A stretch of DNA of 48,604 nt, taken from contig CAZGKK010000001.1 in NCBI GenBank assembly GCA_964526165.1, positions 1-48,604 on the forward strand, given 5' to 3'. The notes under the pieces are model-generated. The model made no database searches. It saw only the letters and a list, made by a program, of their open reading frames with translations, and was not told where the DNA came from. This document shows, piece by piece, positions 35,113-45,442 of the stretch (position 1 is its first letter; the number at the start of each line of letters is the position of its first letter). The position numbers and the translations under genes are program-made. Origin of the DNA: an uncultured Candidatus Saccharibacteria bacterium. Its GTDB lineage: Bacteria; Patescibacteriota; Dojkabacteria; SC72.

Positions 35113-36732
35113 ATGAAAAAATTTACTTTGTTTTTTTCAATTCTTTTTCTTTTTTTATTTACAACAAAGTCTTTTGCAGCAGATGTAAAACTGATTGACA
35201 ACTCAACCTTAAACGAAAAATTGATAACGGTCTCAATAGATACCCAAGAGCAGTCAACAGAGAATGTAAAAATTGTTCTCAACTATTCTCCCGAAGTTAC
35301 AATTACGAAGATTAACGAATCTGAGTTGAATTGCTCTACATTCTCTTCAATATATACTGGGAACACAGCAGAAATAACTTGTGCCTTATCGTCATCTCAA
35401 AATGTTAATGGAAAACTTGCAGAAATTATCTTTACTTCAACCTCTGAAAAGTATGCTTTTGTAGTAGATAAGACTCAATCTCAAATTGGAGAGTTGACTA
35501 TTGATAATGTAGTAGATTTAGGTCAGCTTAATGCAGAAGGGACAATAACTGATGGCGATACAACGACTGGGACCGATGAAAACCCAATAGAGACGACTGA
35601 GGGAAATCAGCCAGCAACCGCACCAAGTACAATATCGACAACACAAAAAGAGACTACCAGCTTTATGTCCTTTCTTCCATACATACTTTTAGGAGCTGCA
35701 GGAATATTTCTAATAGCAATTATTGTTCTTTTAATAACAAAAAAGAAAGATGATATAACTCCAAATACGTTACAAACTCCTGCACAAATACCACAGCAAC
35801 CTGCTGTCCCTCCATTAATTAACCCTCAACCACAAGAAGTAACACAGACACAAAATGAGAGTATGCAAGGAAATGTTTCAAATGTTGAGACAAAACCTAC
35901 TTTGGAACAACTGGTTACCCAATCTCCAGACGTATCGAGCTCTACGGTACCGATGATGCCTACAACACAGACAACTAATACCCCAAAAGAAGAAGAGCTT
36001 TCTGATTTGGAAGCCTTGCTAGTAAGTGAGAATCCAAGTCTTAATACAGTACCTCAAGAGCCAGTAATTGAACCCCCCGCAGAACCGAACACTCAGCCTG
36101 CATCCCAGACTTCTCAAAATTTACCTCCTATTGAGAATACGGATACAAATTTGGGATATACTGCAAATATATCTACAGGTGGCCTTCCTGAGGTAGGTTC
36201 AACATCTCCATTGGAACCCTCTTACCAAGTTTCTCCAGATCTTGGATCAATCGAGCAACCTATTGTAGAGCCAGCAATCTCTGAAGCTCCCGTGGTTGGT
36301 ATGACTACAACAAACCCCATGCCCGAAGTTACCCCAGCAGAAATGGACATGAATACTCCTGTTAGCACCCCACTGAACAACTCCTTCGCACAAGTAAATG
36401 CCGAACCCACACTTACTCAACCCACTGAGAATTCTACACCAGAAATAATTGATACCCCAACAGGAATGGACATGAATACTCCTGTTAGCACCCCACTGAA
36501 CAACTCCTTCGCACAAGTAAATGCCGAACCCACACTTACTCAACCCACTGAGAATTCTACACCAGAGATAATTGATACAGGATTAGAGGTTGATCTGCAA
36601 AGCATAATAAATCAAGAAATTAGTAGCATCCCATTAAACTCTACTCCAACAAACACTGAACCACAGAATCCAGTAACACCAATGAACCCAATCAATACAA
36701 CTGAGCCAACAAATCCAGTGAGTCCCATTTAG
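35113..36732 (+). CDS. Bitopic surface protein: signal peptide, cohesin-like domain, TM, long P/T/Q-rich tail
   Basis: 539 aa. Signal peptide MKKFTLFFSILFLFLFTTKSFA and a cohesin-like N-domain (KIVLNYSPEVTITKI...GKLAEIIFTS). TM FLPYILLGAAGIFLIAIIVLLI followed by TKKKDD. About 330 aa of low-complexity tail with a 41-aa tandem duplication. Confidence 0.6.
   Translation: MKKFTLFFSILFLFLFTTKSFAADVKLIDNSTLNEKLITVSIDTQEQSTENVKIVLNYSPEVTITKINESELNCSTFSSIYTGNTAEITCALSSSQNVNGKLAEIIFTSTSEKYAFVVDKTQSQIGELTIDNVVDLGQLNAEGTITDGDTTTGTDENPIETTEGNQPATAPSTISTTQKETTSFMSFLPYILLGAAGIFLIAIIVLLITKKKDDITPNTLQTPAQIPQQPAVPPLINPQPQEVTQTQNESMQGNVSNVETKPTLEQLVTQSPDVSSSTVPMMPTTQTTNTPKEEELSDLEALLVSENPSLNTVPQEPVIEPPAEPNTQPASQTSQNLPPIENTDTNLGYTANISTGGLPEVGSTSPLEPSYQVSPDLGSIEQPIVEPAISEAPVVGMTTTNPMPEVTPAEMDMNTPVSTPLNNSFAQVNAEPTLTQPTENSTPEIIDTPTGMDMNTPVSTPLNNSFAQVNAEPTLTQPTENSTPEIIDTGLEVDLQSIINQEISSIPLNSTPTNTEPQNPVTPMNPINTTEPTNPVSPI
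36343..36579 (+). repeat. Near-perfect 123-nt in-frame tandem duplication inside the 35113 CDS
   Basis: atggacatgaatactcctgttagc... starts at 36343 and again at 36466. It encodes MDMNTPVSTPLNNSFAQVNAEPTLTQPTENSTPEIIDT twice. One synonymous difference was seen (gaa/gag in PEII). Confidence 0.9.
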
Positions 36733-36738
36733 GAAAAA

Positions 36739-37299
36739 TTAAAAATTTTTCCACATCTGACTAGCCTTTACTTTGGTATCCCCAGTATACTTACTGTTTA
36801 ATTTGTTGCTTCCATACGGCTTGTTAGATGGAGAATCTAATTCTTCAAAAGCTATCTGAGCTACCTTCATCCCTTCGTATATCTTTATTGACAAAGGAGA
36901 AGTATTAACCAATTCCAGAGTAAGCCTTAATTTATTTCCCGGATCTAAGAAACCTGCTGTCGCATGAATGAGTAGTCCTATCCTAGCAAGAGAACTTTTT
37001 CCTTCTAATCTACCAACATGTCTGGAATCTACTCCCGTAATTTCTTTTACATTAGCTAATGCAAATTGCCCTGGTTTGAGAACAAACGATCCCCCCTCTT
37101 CAATCTCAATCTCCTCCATTAAATGTTCAACGCTCTTTTTTACATCAATGATATTTCTTTTGTCTTCCTTGAAAATCATAAAATATCTATCCAAGTGCAA
37201 ATCATACGAAGCAGGCTGAAGATTCTCTTCCAAAAAAGGTTCTATACTAATTTCTTTAGTCTCTAAAGATTTCTTAATACTTGTATCTGAAAGAATCAT
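36739..37299 (-). CDS. dcd: dCTP deaminase (possibly the bifunctional dCTP deaminase/dUTPase type)
   Basis: 186 aa. MILSDTSIKK start, LQPASYDL and GRLEGKSSLARIGLLIH motifs of the Dcd/dUTPase superfamily. Confidence 0.88.
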   Translation of the reverse strand: MILSDTSIKKSLETKEISIEPFLEENLQPASYDLHLDRYFMIFKEDKRNIIDVKKSVEHLMEEIEIEEGGSFVLKPGQFALANVKEITGVDSRHVGRLEGKSSLARIGLLIHATAGFLDPGNKLRLTLELVNTSPLSIKIYEGMKVAQIAFEELDSPSNKPYGSNKLNSKYTGDTKVKASQMWKNF

Positions 37300-37331
37300 G
37301 CAAAATTTAACTTATCTTATCTCAAATTTAT

Positions 37332-38927
37332 CTACGACCTATCAACAAACTCAGCTTTAGAATCTATTTTGGGGCACTTAATTCTTTTTTGCAAACCATT
37401 CCAAATCGGGTCTCTCATATTCAAATTCCTTAACCATTCATAGACTAACACTCGATATGCAATATGCCCACCATTTCTTACACGCAAGTTAATTACATAC
37501 TGCAAATCGTCATAGGAACCGTACATGATATATTTTGTGGAGTGAGCATGTGGTAATAGATATTTTGTATACTCATCGCAAACTTCATTAGAAAGAAATT
37601 CTTTGGCTTTTGCTCTCCAAGCTTTAATCATTGAGTATGTCTCACTCAGTGTATTCTTGTATTCTCTCTTTAATTCCTTGAGCTGAGGAATATCTAAATA
37701 GTTACAAAGATAGAAACACTCGTCATCTCTTCTATCTAACTCCTGATCCATATCTATCTCATCGTGTAAAAGCGGAATAAATCGTTCTAAGCTCCTATGC
37801 CTATTCAAATCTTTTAAGGTACCTAAAGTAGCAAATCCTTCAATTTTAACTGCTCCGCTTTGAGCTATGTTTCCAATTGTCTTGTGTTGATTATGTTTTT
37901 CAGCAAGTATTTCTCCAATATATTCCTGATCTTCTTCATCAAAATTGTATTCCTTCTCTGAACCTAAAGGATTCAACAAAGCTTCATAATGAGATATTAA
38001 CCCTTCTGTAAAATCTGTGGCATAGGAAACATTTACAGAACTCCCCTCACTCTCAGGAATTGCTATTATTTGCCTTCTATTTAAATCTTTTTTGAGATGG
38101 TTAAGTATCTCCCTTGTTGAATTTCCTCTACTACTATTTGATTCTGTATGTCGTATAAGGTTATCTGCTTCTCGGATATATCCCCTAGCATCCAGGCTTG
38201 ACTCCCCAAGAAGGTTCAAAGCTAATTCAGCAATTTCATTATCGATTACACTTTCACTACCAAAAAGATAACCAATGAAATCTGACCACGCTCTGGCAGA
38301 CATAACCAAGGCATCACTTGTACTCAAACCTACTGGAAGTAAATATTTTGCAACATCAAAAGACCTAGCCTTTAAGGAGGATATCTCTTGGGCACTTTCT
38401 TCATTTATTTTAAAGAATTTTGATAATTCTTCCTTAGTTAATTTAAGAAGTCTTTTGTAATCTGCTAATTGCTTAAATATAATACTCTCATACTCTTTTC
38501 TTATAGATTGATTGCTACAAATCTCATTTGGAATTTTTATGAAATTTGGATCAGAGAAATCCTGATACCTAGTTGACCTTTCTTGTCCTGCTATTACCGG
38601 ATTTATGTAGAAGAATTTCATAGCTGTTATTATCGGAATATTTTCAATACATACAAAAAGCTCTGCCATATCACCCACAGATTTGTGTCCATATCCTGAA
38701 AATATTTTTTCTAATCTTTCCGAAGCATCTGTTCCATTGTTTATTATTTCAGAAGCTATGTCTAGAATAGAATCTGAAGACCTACTATACCTTGCACCTA
38801 GATATGCGTTAATTGCGGGCTGTTTTACATTACAGTTTTGTAACAGAGAGTGAACTATCATCTTGTTCCATGATGATTCCGACTTAACCGTAGCGATATT
38901 TAAATCTTTTCTAAAAATCAATTTCAT
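37332..38927 (-). CDS. ThyX-like (Thy1 family) flavin-dependent thymidylate synthase, long form
   Basis: 531 aa. GHKSVGDMAELFVCIENIPIITAMKFF...AGQERSTRY resembles the ThyX core. RHR occurs only later (LNRHRSLERF). C-terminal LRVRNGGHIAYRVLVYEWL fits the ThyX tail. Context is dcd upstream-of-stop neighbour, glyA and folD. Confidence 0.55.
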   Translation of the reverse strand: MKLIFRKDLNIATVKSESSWNKMIVHSLLQNCNVKQPAINAYLGARYSRSSDSILDIASEIINNGTDASERLEKIFSGYGHKSVGDMAELFVCIENIPIITAMKFFYINPVIAGQERSTRYQDFSDPNFIKIPNEICSNQSIRKEYESIIFKQLADYKRLLKLTKEELSKFFKINEESAQEISSLKARSFDVAKYLLPVGLSTSDALVMSARAWSDFIGYLFGSESVIDNEIAELALNLLGESSLDARGYIREADNLIRHTESNSSRGNSTREILNHLKKDLNRRQIIAIPESEGSSVNVSYATDFTEGLISHYEALLNPLGSEKEYNFDEEDQEYIGEILAEKHNQHKTIGNIAQSGAVKIEGFATLGTLKDLNRHRSLERFIPLLHDEIDMDQELDRRDDECFYLCNYLDIPQLKELKREYKNTLSETYSMIKAWRAKAKEFLSNEVCDEYTKYLLPHAHSTKYIMYGSYDDLQYVINLRVRNGGHIAYRVLVYEWLRNLNMRDPIWNGLQKRIKCPKIDSKAEFVDRS

Positions 38928-38932
38928 ATTTA

Positions 38933-40159
38933 TTAAATTCCTGGAATTTTAAATTCTTTTGTAAAATCCTTTATCTCATTCTTAACCTTTGTATAATCTT
39001 CATCGTTCTTACATTCTTTAAGTACCTTGTTGATAAAATTGGCAACTATCTCCATTTCTTTTTCTTTCATCCCCCTTGTAGTCAATGCTGGAGTTCCTAT
39101 TCTAATTCCCGAGGGATCCCAAGGCTTTCTGCTGTCATTAGGAATTGCATTCTTGTTTACTGTAATACCAACCGTATCGAGTATGTCACCTGCTTCTTTA
39201 CCAGATATCCCTACAGACGAAAACACATCCACCAAAAACATGTGATTGTCTGTACCTCCAGATATTATTTTGAAACCCAATTTTGTTAAAGAGTCAGATA
39301 ATTGTTTAGCATTTAATACAACCTGATTAGAGTATTTCTTAAAGTCTTCGGTACTTGCCTCTTTCAAAGCAACTGCGATACCAGCTGTTGTATGATTGTG
39401 TGGCCCACCCTGTAAACCCGGAAAGATTGCTTTGTCTATTCTCTCTGCAAAGTCTTTTTTACACATAATCATCGCTCCTCTTGGGCCTCTAAGTGTCTTG
39501 TGGGTTGTAGTAGTAACTACATCTGCGTAAGGTACTGGCGAAGGATATACCCCACCAGCTATTAATCCTGCAACATGTGCGATATCTGCAACAAAAAACG
39601 CCCCAATCTCATCTGCAATTTTTCTAAATTGTGCCCAATCAACTATCCTTGAATATGCAGAAAAGCCCGCCCATATTAATTTGGGTTTGAATTCTTTTGC
39701 AATTTTCCTTACTTCGTCATAATCGATATACCCTGCTTCATTTACACCGTAGTTTATAGAATTGTAAAATCTTCCAGAAAACGAGACTTTAAAACCATGT
39801 GTAAGATGCCCACCGGCATCTAATGACATTCCTAGAACTCTATCTCCAGTTTCTATTAATGCAAAATATACTGCAAGGTTAGCCGGAGAGCCAGAATATG
39901 GCTGAACATTTGCATGTTCTACTTTGAAAAGATTTCTAGCCCTTCCAATTGCTTCTCTCTCTATACCATCAATATATTCATTTCCATTGTAATACCTTTT
40001 ACCTGGATACCCTTCTGAATATTTATTCGTCAGAATCGAACCCATGCATTGAAGGACCTCTTCAGAAACATAGTTCTCAGATGCAATTAATTCCAAACCT
40101 TCAAGTTGTCTTTTCTTCTCTTTTTGTATTAAATCGAAAATCTTACTGTCTTGAAGCAT
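38933..40159 (-). CDS. glyA: Serine hydroxymethyltransferase
   Basis: 408 aa. LIASENY, and the PLP-lysine motif TTTTHKTLRGPRG. Confidence 0.95.
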   Translation of the reverse strand: MLQDSKIFDLIQKEKKRQLEGLELIASENYVSEEVLQCMGSILTNKYSEGYPGKRYYNGNEYIDGIEREAIGRARNLFKVEHANVQPYSGSPANLAVYFALIETGDRVLGMSLDAGGHLTHGFKVSFSGRFYNSINYGVNEAGYIDYDEVRKIAKEFKPKLIWAGFSAYSRIVDWAQFRKIADEIGAFFVADIAHVAGLIAGGVYPSPVPYADVVTTTTHKTLRGPRGAMIMCKKDFAERIDKAIFPGLQGGPHNHTTAGIAVALKEASTEDFKKYSNQVVLNAKQLSDSLTKLGFKIISGGTDNHMFLVDVFSSVGISGKEAGDILDTVGITVNKNAIPNDSRKPWDPSGIRIGTPALTTRGMKEKEMEIVANFINKVLKECKNDEDYTKVKNEIKDFTKEFKIPGI

Positions 40160-41000
40160 ACTTGTAGCAATTCATCAAATTAAGCATTAAACAAGCGATT
40201 GTCATTGGTCCAACACCTCCTGGTACAGGAGTGATATATGAAGGGATTCCCATTATAGCATCCCAATCTACATCACCAACTAATTTCCCAGTCTCAGAAT
40301 GTTTGTTTGAACCTACATCAATTAGAACACATTCATTTTTCAAGAAATCGGCTTTAACAAATTGGGCTCTCCCTACAGCAGTAATCAAGATATCGGCACT
40401 TCTTGAGACTTCTTCAACACCTACAGTGTGAGAATTACATAGAGTTACAGTAGCATTTTTTTCAAGAAGAAGTGCTGCCAAGGGTTTCCCTACTATTGTA
40501 CTAGAACCAAGTATTACAACTCTTTTCCCAAATATTTTAATGTTGTAGGCTTCTAGAAGTTTTATTATTCCAAGAGGAGTTGCTGGAGGGATAGCTGAAG
40601 GATCCTTTTGAAAAAGTTTTCCTAAATTCGTTGGTGCCAAACCATCGACATCCTTATTAGGAGAGATGCTCTCAAGAACTAGATGTCTGTCGATATGCTC
40701 AGGAAGTGGCAATTGAATCATAAAACCGTCTACATTAGAATCCTTGTTTAGAGAGTCAACAAGATTAACAATATCCAATGTGTTTACAGTATTCTCAAGA
40801 TGGTGAACCTTAACTTCAAGACCAAGATTTCTTGCAACTTTTTCTTTCATTCCAACATATTTGACACTTCCATAGTCATCACCGACCAAGATAACATCCA
40901 GCCTTGGATTTTTCCCCCCCTCATTCTTGATATTCTGAATATCAAAAGATATCTTATTTAAAATTTCTTTTGACATTTCTGTTCCATTCAATATCTCCAT
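40143..41000 (-). CDS. folD: Bifunctional methylenetetrahydrofolate dehydrogenase/cyclohydrolase
   Basis: 285 aa. YVGMKEK, QLPLP, VVILGSSTIVGKPLAALL and PVPGGVGPMT motifs. Confidence 0.95.
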   Translation of the reverse strand: MEILNGTEMSKEILNKISFDIQNIKNEGGKNPRLDVILVGDDYGSVKYVGMKEKVARNLGLEVKVHHLENTVNTLDIVNLVDSLNKDSNVDGFMIQLPLPEHIDRHLVLESISPNKDVDGLAPTNLGKLFQKDPSAIPPATPLGIIKLLEAYNIKIFGKRVVILGSSTIVGKPLAALLLEKNATVTLCNSHTVGVEEVSRSADILITAVGRAQFVKADFLKNECVLIDVGSNKHSETGKLVGDVDWDAIMGIPSYITPVPGGVGPMTIACLMLNLMNCYKYASRQ

Positions 41001-41017
41001 TGATATTTATTTACAAT

Positions 41018-42838
41018 TTAATCATTACTATTACTTTGCTCTATATACTCCTCGTACAAAAATCCTTTTTTCTTCAACAATTCACTCCAACTTCCTGATT
41101 CTACTATCTTTCCAGCTTTAAAGTAATATATCCTGTCGAATTTGCTAAGCAAAGCTACACTCCGAGTAAGATATATCAGTGATTTTTCTTTACCTAAGAA
41201 TTTAAAAATATTTGTAAGAATCTTTTCCGCCGAGATATCATCAATATATGTAAAGGACTCATCCATAATAAAGATATTTTTATTTCTGTACAACATTCTA
41301 GCAATTGCGAGCCTTTGCCAGTAAGCAGGAGAAAGATCTTTCCCAGAAGGAAATGTCTTTCCTAAAATACTTGAATCCTCTACATTGATGACCTTCTTGA
41401 ACTTATTTACACTAGAAAAGTTTACCACTGTATCGTAAAGCTCCATATCTACTTTCTTTCTTTGCCCTGATATTACGATATTCTCCATCAGACTAAAGTG
41501 GTAATTTATGTAATCTTGAAAAATAATAGCCAACTTTTTCTTTAATTCTCCCCTGTTTAATTCTTTAGTTGGTATATCATTGAGCAAGTACTCTCCCTCT
41601 TCAACTCCGTAAAGACCTGTAAGAATTTTAACAGCAGTACTCTTTCCTGAACCATCCCCACCAAAGAAGGCAACTTTTTCTCCTGGTTCTATAACTAAAT
41701 TTAGATTGTCAAGAACGATAGTTTCGGGTTCATCTGGATATGCGAATGAAAGCTTCTTAAATTCTAATTTTGGAGTTCCCTTCGAAAGTTTTTTCTCCCC
41801 ATGGTAAATATCTCCAAAACCCTGAAATTCAATAAGGTCAAAGAACTTATCAATATATCCTAAGTTAGTTGAAACTAAAGAAAGCGAGTTAAAAATATCC
41901 GTAATACTTGTATGTGCAACTTCTACATAGTCATAAAGAGCCTTAAAAGTACCAAAGGATAATTTCTTCGTAATAGATACAGCAAGTACATAGATTATAT
42001 ATGAATATTTCAGAAGGTGACTAAAAACTCCAAAAATGGATTTTGTCTTGTAGAAATGAAATTGATTCTTGTAATACCCTGCTAGGTACTCATCATACTC
42101 CTCAACATATCTTCTTTTAAGAAAATTGTAAATATTGTTTACTCTTAATTCCAAAAAGTTACTAATTGTTAATGCTAAGTTTTGGACATAGGCTAAGAAT
42201 CTTAATTTCCCAACAGATTCATCAAGATAATTCCTTATACCTCCTCTTCTGTAATGTATAGCTAATGCTTCCGGAATTACAAAAATGACTAAAAGAACAA
42301 CAGAAGGACCAACATATCCAGCAAGAATGATTACAGCAGAAACTAGCCTTACAATATTACTCAGGATAATGGAGAAGTTATCATATACATCAACTATTCT
42401 TCCGATAGAAAATGAAGGTGCAAATGCTAACATGTCTTGAAATTCCTTTTTCTCGACATCCTGCAGGTTGGAATTAGCTACTTTTGAAATCATCATAGCC
42501 TGAGATTCGCTCCAAACCTTTTCGTAGATTACAGTGTACAAATATGAGCGAAACTGAGTACTAATATGCTTTACGACCCAGAGGAGAAAAATAATCATTA
42601 AAAACTTGAATGAGTCCGAGGTTAGAAAAAGTCTGAAATCAAATCCATTCCAATTAAGTAGGATGTCTGTGGTCGCATCAATGAATTTACCTAAAATCTT
42701 GATTCCGTATATCTCGGAAGCTGTTGAGATGATGAATAAGAAATCTCTGGATACAGAAACAACCGTATATTTCCCATATACAAAGGATAATACTTTTTTT
42801 AAGGTTGAATACTTTTTTACTAACTTTTCCCAGAACAT
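41018..42838 (-). CDS. ABC exporter, fused permease-ATPase (MsbA-like), with atypical signature and H-loop
   Basis: 606 aa. Six-helix TMD, then Walker A GGDGSGKST and Walker B IFIMDES. The signature position reads LSPAYWQ instead of LSGGQ, and the H-loop position reads YLTRS instead of xAHRL. Confidence 0.8.
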   Translation of the reverse strand: MFWEKLVKKYSTLKKVLSFVYGKYTVVSVSRDFLFIISTASEIYGIKILGKFIDATTDILLNWNGFDFRLFLTSDSFKFLMIIFLLWVVKHISTQFRSYLYTVIYEKVWSESQAMMISKVANSNLQDVEKKEFQDMLAFAPSFSIGRIVDVYDNFSIILSNIVRLVSAVIILAGYVGPSVVLLVIFVIPEALAIHYRRGGIRNYLDESVGKLRFLAYVQNLALTISNFLELRVNNIYNFLKRRYVEEYDEYLAGYYKNQFHFYKTKSIFGVFSHLLKYSYIIYVLAVSITKKLSFGTFKALYDYVEVAHTSITDIFNSLSLVSTNLGYIDKFFDLIEFQGFGDIYHGEKKLSKGTPKLEFKKLSFAYPDEPETIVLDNLNLVIEPGEKVAFFGGDGSGKSTAVKILTGLYGVEEGEYLLNDIPTKELNRGELKKKLAIIFQDYINYHFSLMENIVISGQRKKVDMELYDTVVNFSSVNKFKKVINVEDSSILGKTFPSGKDLSPAYWQRLAIARMLYRNKNIFIMDESFTYIDDISAEKILTNIFKFLGKEKSLIYLTRSVALLSKFDRIYYFKAGKIVESGSWSELLKKKGFLYEEYIEQSNSND

Positions 42839-42873
42839 ATAGGATATAATAACACGATAGGAAGGAAGATAGA

Positions 42874-43332
42874 ATGCGAGATAATAAATATTTAGAAAAT
42901 CTTTTGTGGGACTTGTGGGATAATAATTTTTGTGATGTCCCTAGAAAAAACTTGGTTGTAATTAAATTCGGGAAATACTCGAAAAGGCAGTTAGGGAGTA
43001 TTAAAATTGCGAATGGAAGAACTAAAATTAAAAGTCTAATTCATAAGAAAGAGGATGAGTTGGATGTTCAGGATGATAAGAGTATTACAGTAATTACATT
43101 GACTAGATATTTTCAATACGAGGTAGTACCAGAGTTTGTTATTAGGGCAACAATAGCTCACGAGCTTTGCCATTATACTCATGGTTTTCAATCACCTTTA
43201 GAGAAGAAATTTGACAAGCCACACCAGGGAAATATCATAAACAAAGAATTAGCAAAGAGAGATTTACTTGAGGAACAAGAAGCTGCAGATGAGTGGTTAA
43301 AGGAAAACTGGGTTAATATTGTTTTTAGATAG
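42874..43332 (+). CDS. SprT-like zinc metalloprotease-domain protein
   Basis: 152 aa. HExxH in IAHELCHYTHG, with a preceding beta-rich region as in the SprT-like family. One of the few genes here with an AGGAAGGA Shine-Dalgarno. Confidence 0.55.
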   Translation: MRDNKYLENLLWDLWDNNFCDVPRKNLVVIKFGKYSKRQLGSIKIANGRTKIKSLIHKKEDELDVQDDKSITVITLTRYFQYEVVPEFVIRATIAHELCHYTHGFQSPLEKKFDKPHQGNIINKELAKRDLLEEQEAADEWLKENWVNIVFR

Positions 43333-43361
43333 AAAAAGGGACTCTTTCGAGCCCCATTTTT
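43333..43361. terminator. Bidirectional rho-independent terminator between the SprT-like gene and groEL
   Basis: AAAAA-GGGACTC-tttc-GAGCCCC-ATTTTT: stems at 43338-43344 and 43349-43355 (1 mismatch), flanked by an A-run and a T-run. Confidence 0.75.
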
Positions 43362-43378
43362 CATGCCTTACGTAAACA

Positions 43379-45019
<1,641 letters not shown>

Positions 45020-45029
45020 TTAATCTAGG

Positions 45030-45329
45030 TTATCTAATAATTGCAAGAATATCTCCAACATCTAGTAAGAGATATTTCTGTCCATCAACTTCTAATTCGT
45101 CTGGTGAATATTTTTTAAAGTAAATCCTATCTCCAACCTTTACGTTAAAATCAATTTCCTTGCCTTTTACTTTTCCTTCCCCAAGCTTAACTACTACACC
45201 TGTCTCGGGCTTTTGATCTTCTGTAGATGAAGGTGGAAGAATTAATCCCCCTGTTGTCTTTTCATCAACTTTATCAGGAAATACAAGAACACGTTTGCCA
45301 ATAGGCGAAATTTTTATATCTTTTGTCAT
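45030..45329 (-). CDS. groES: Co-chaperonin GroES
   Basis: 99 aa. PIGKRVLV, mobile-loop TTGGLILP and GDRIYFKKY. Immediately upstream of groEL. Confidence 0.95.
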   Translation of the reverse strand: MTKDIKISPIGKRVLVFPDKVDEKTTGGLILPPSSTEDQKPETGVVVKLGEGKVKGKEIDFNVKVGDRIYFKKYSPDELEVDGQKYLLLDVGDILAIIR

Positions 45330-45336
45330 TTTTGTT

Positions 45337-45363
45337 CTAGCAGATAAATTTAGCGATTGCTAA
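45337..45363 (-). promoter_or_regulatory. Degenerate CIRCE-like inverted repeat (putative HrcA operator) in the groES leader
   Basis: Minus strand reads TTAGCAATC-N9-ATCTGCTAG against the CIRCE consensus TTAGCACTC-N9-GAGTGCTAA (8/9 and 5/9 matches, correct 9-nt spacing). It begins immediately after the -10 box. Confidence 0.4.
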
Positions 45364-45392
45364 TTGTAACACATACTACACAAGAATTTCAA
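45363..45392 (-). promoter_or_regulatory. Sigma70-like promoter of groES-groEL
   Basis: Minus strand: TTGAAA (plus coordinates 45387-45392), 18-nt spacer, TACAAT (45363-45368). Confidence 0.45.
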
Positions 45393-45442
45393 GACTAGAA
45401 GAGGGGGGGAAACTTCTCATTAAAAATATTATTTCGTTTGAA

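Noticed and set aside
45403-45409. G7 homopolymer between the 45443 ORF and the groES promoter, considered as a phase-variation tract.
   Set aside because: It is short and intergenic. It sits in the loop of a weak AGAAG/CTTCT hairpin downstream of the 45443 ORF stop, and is not in a promoter spacer or a coding frame.
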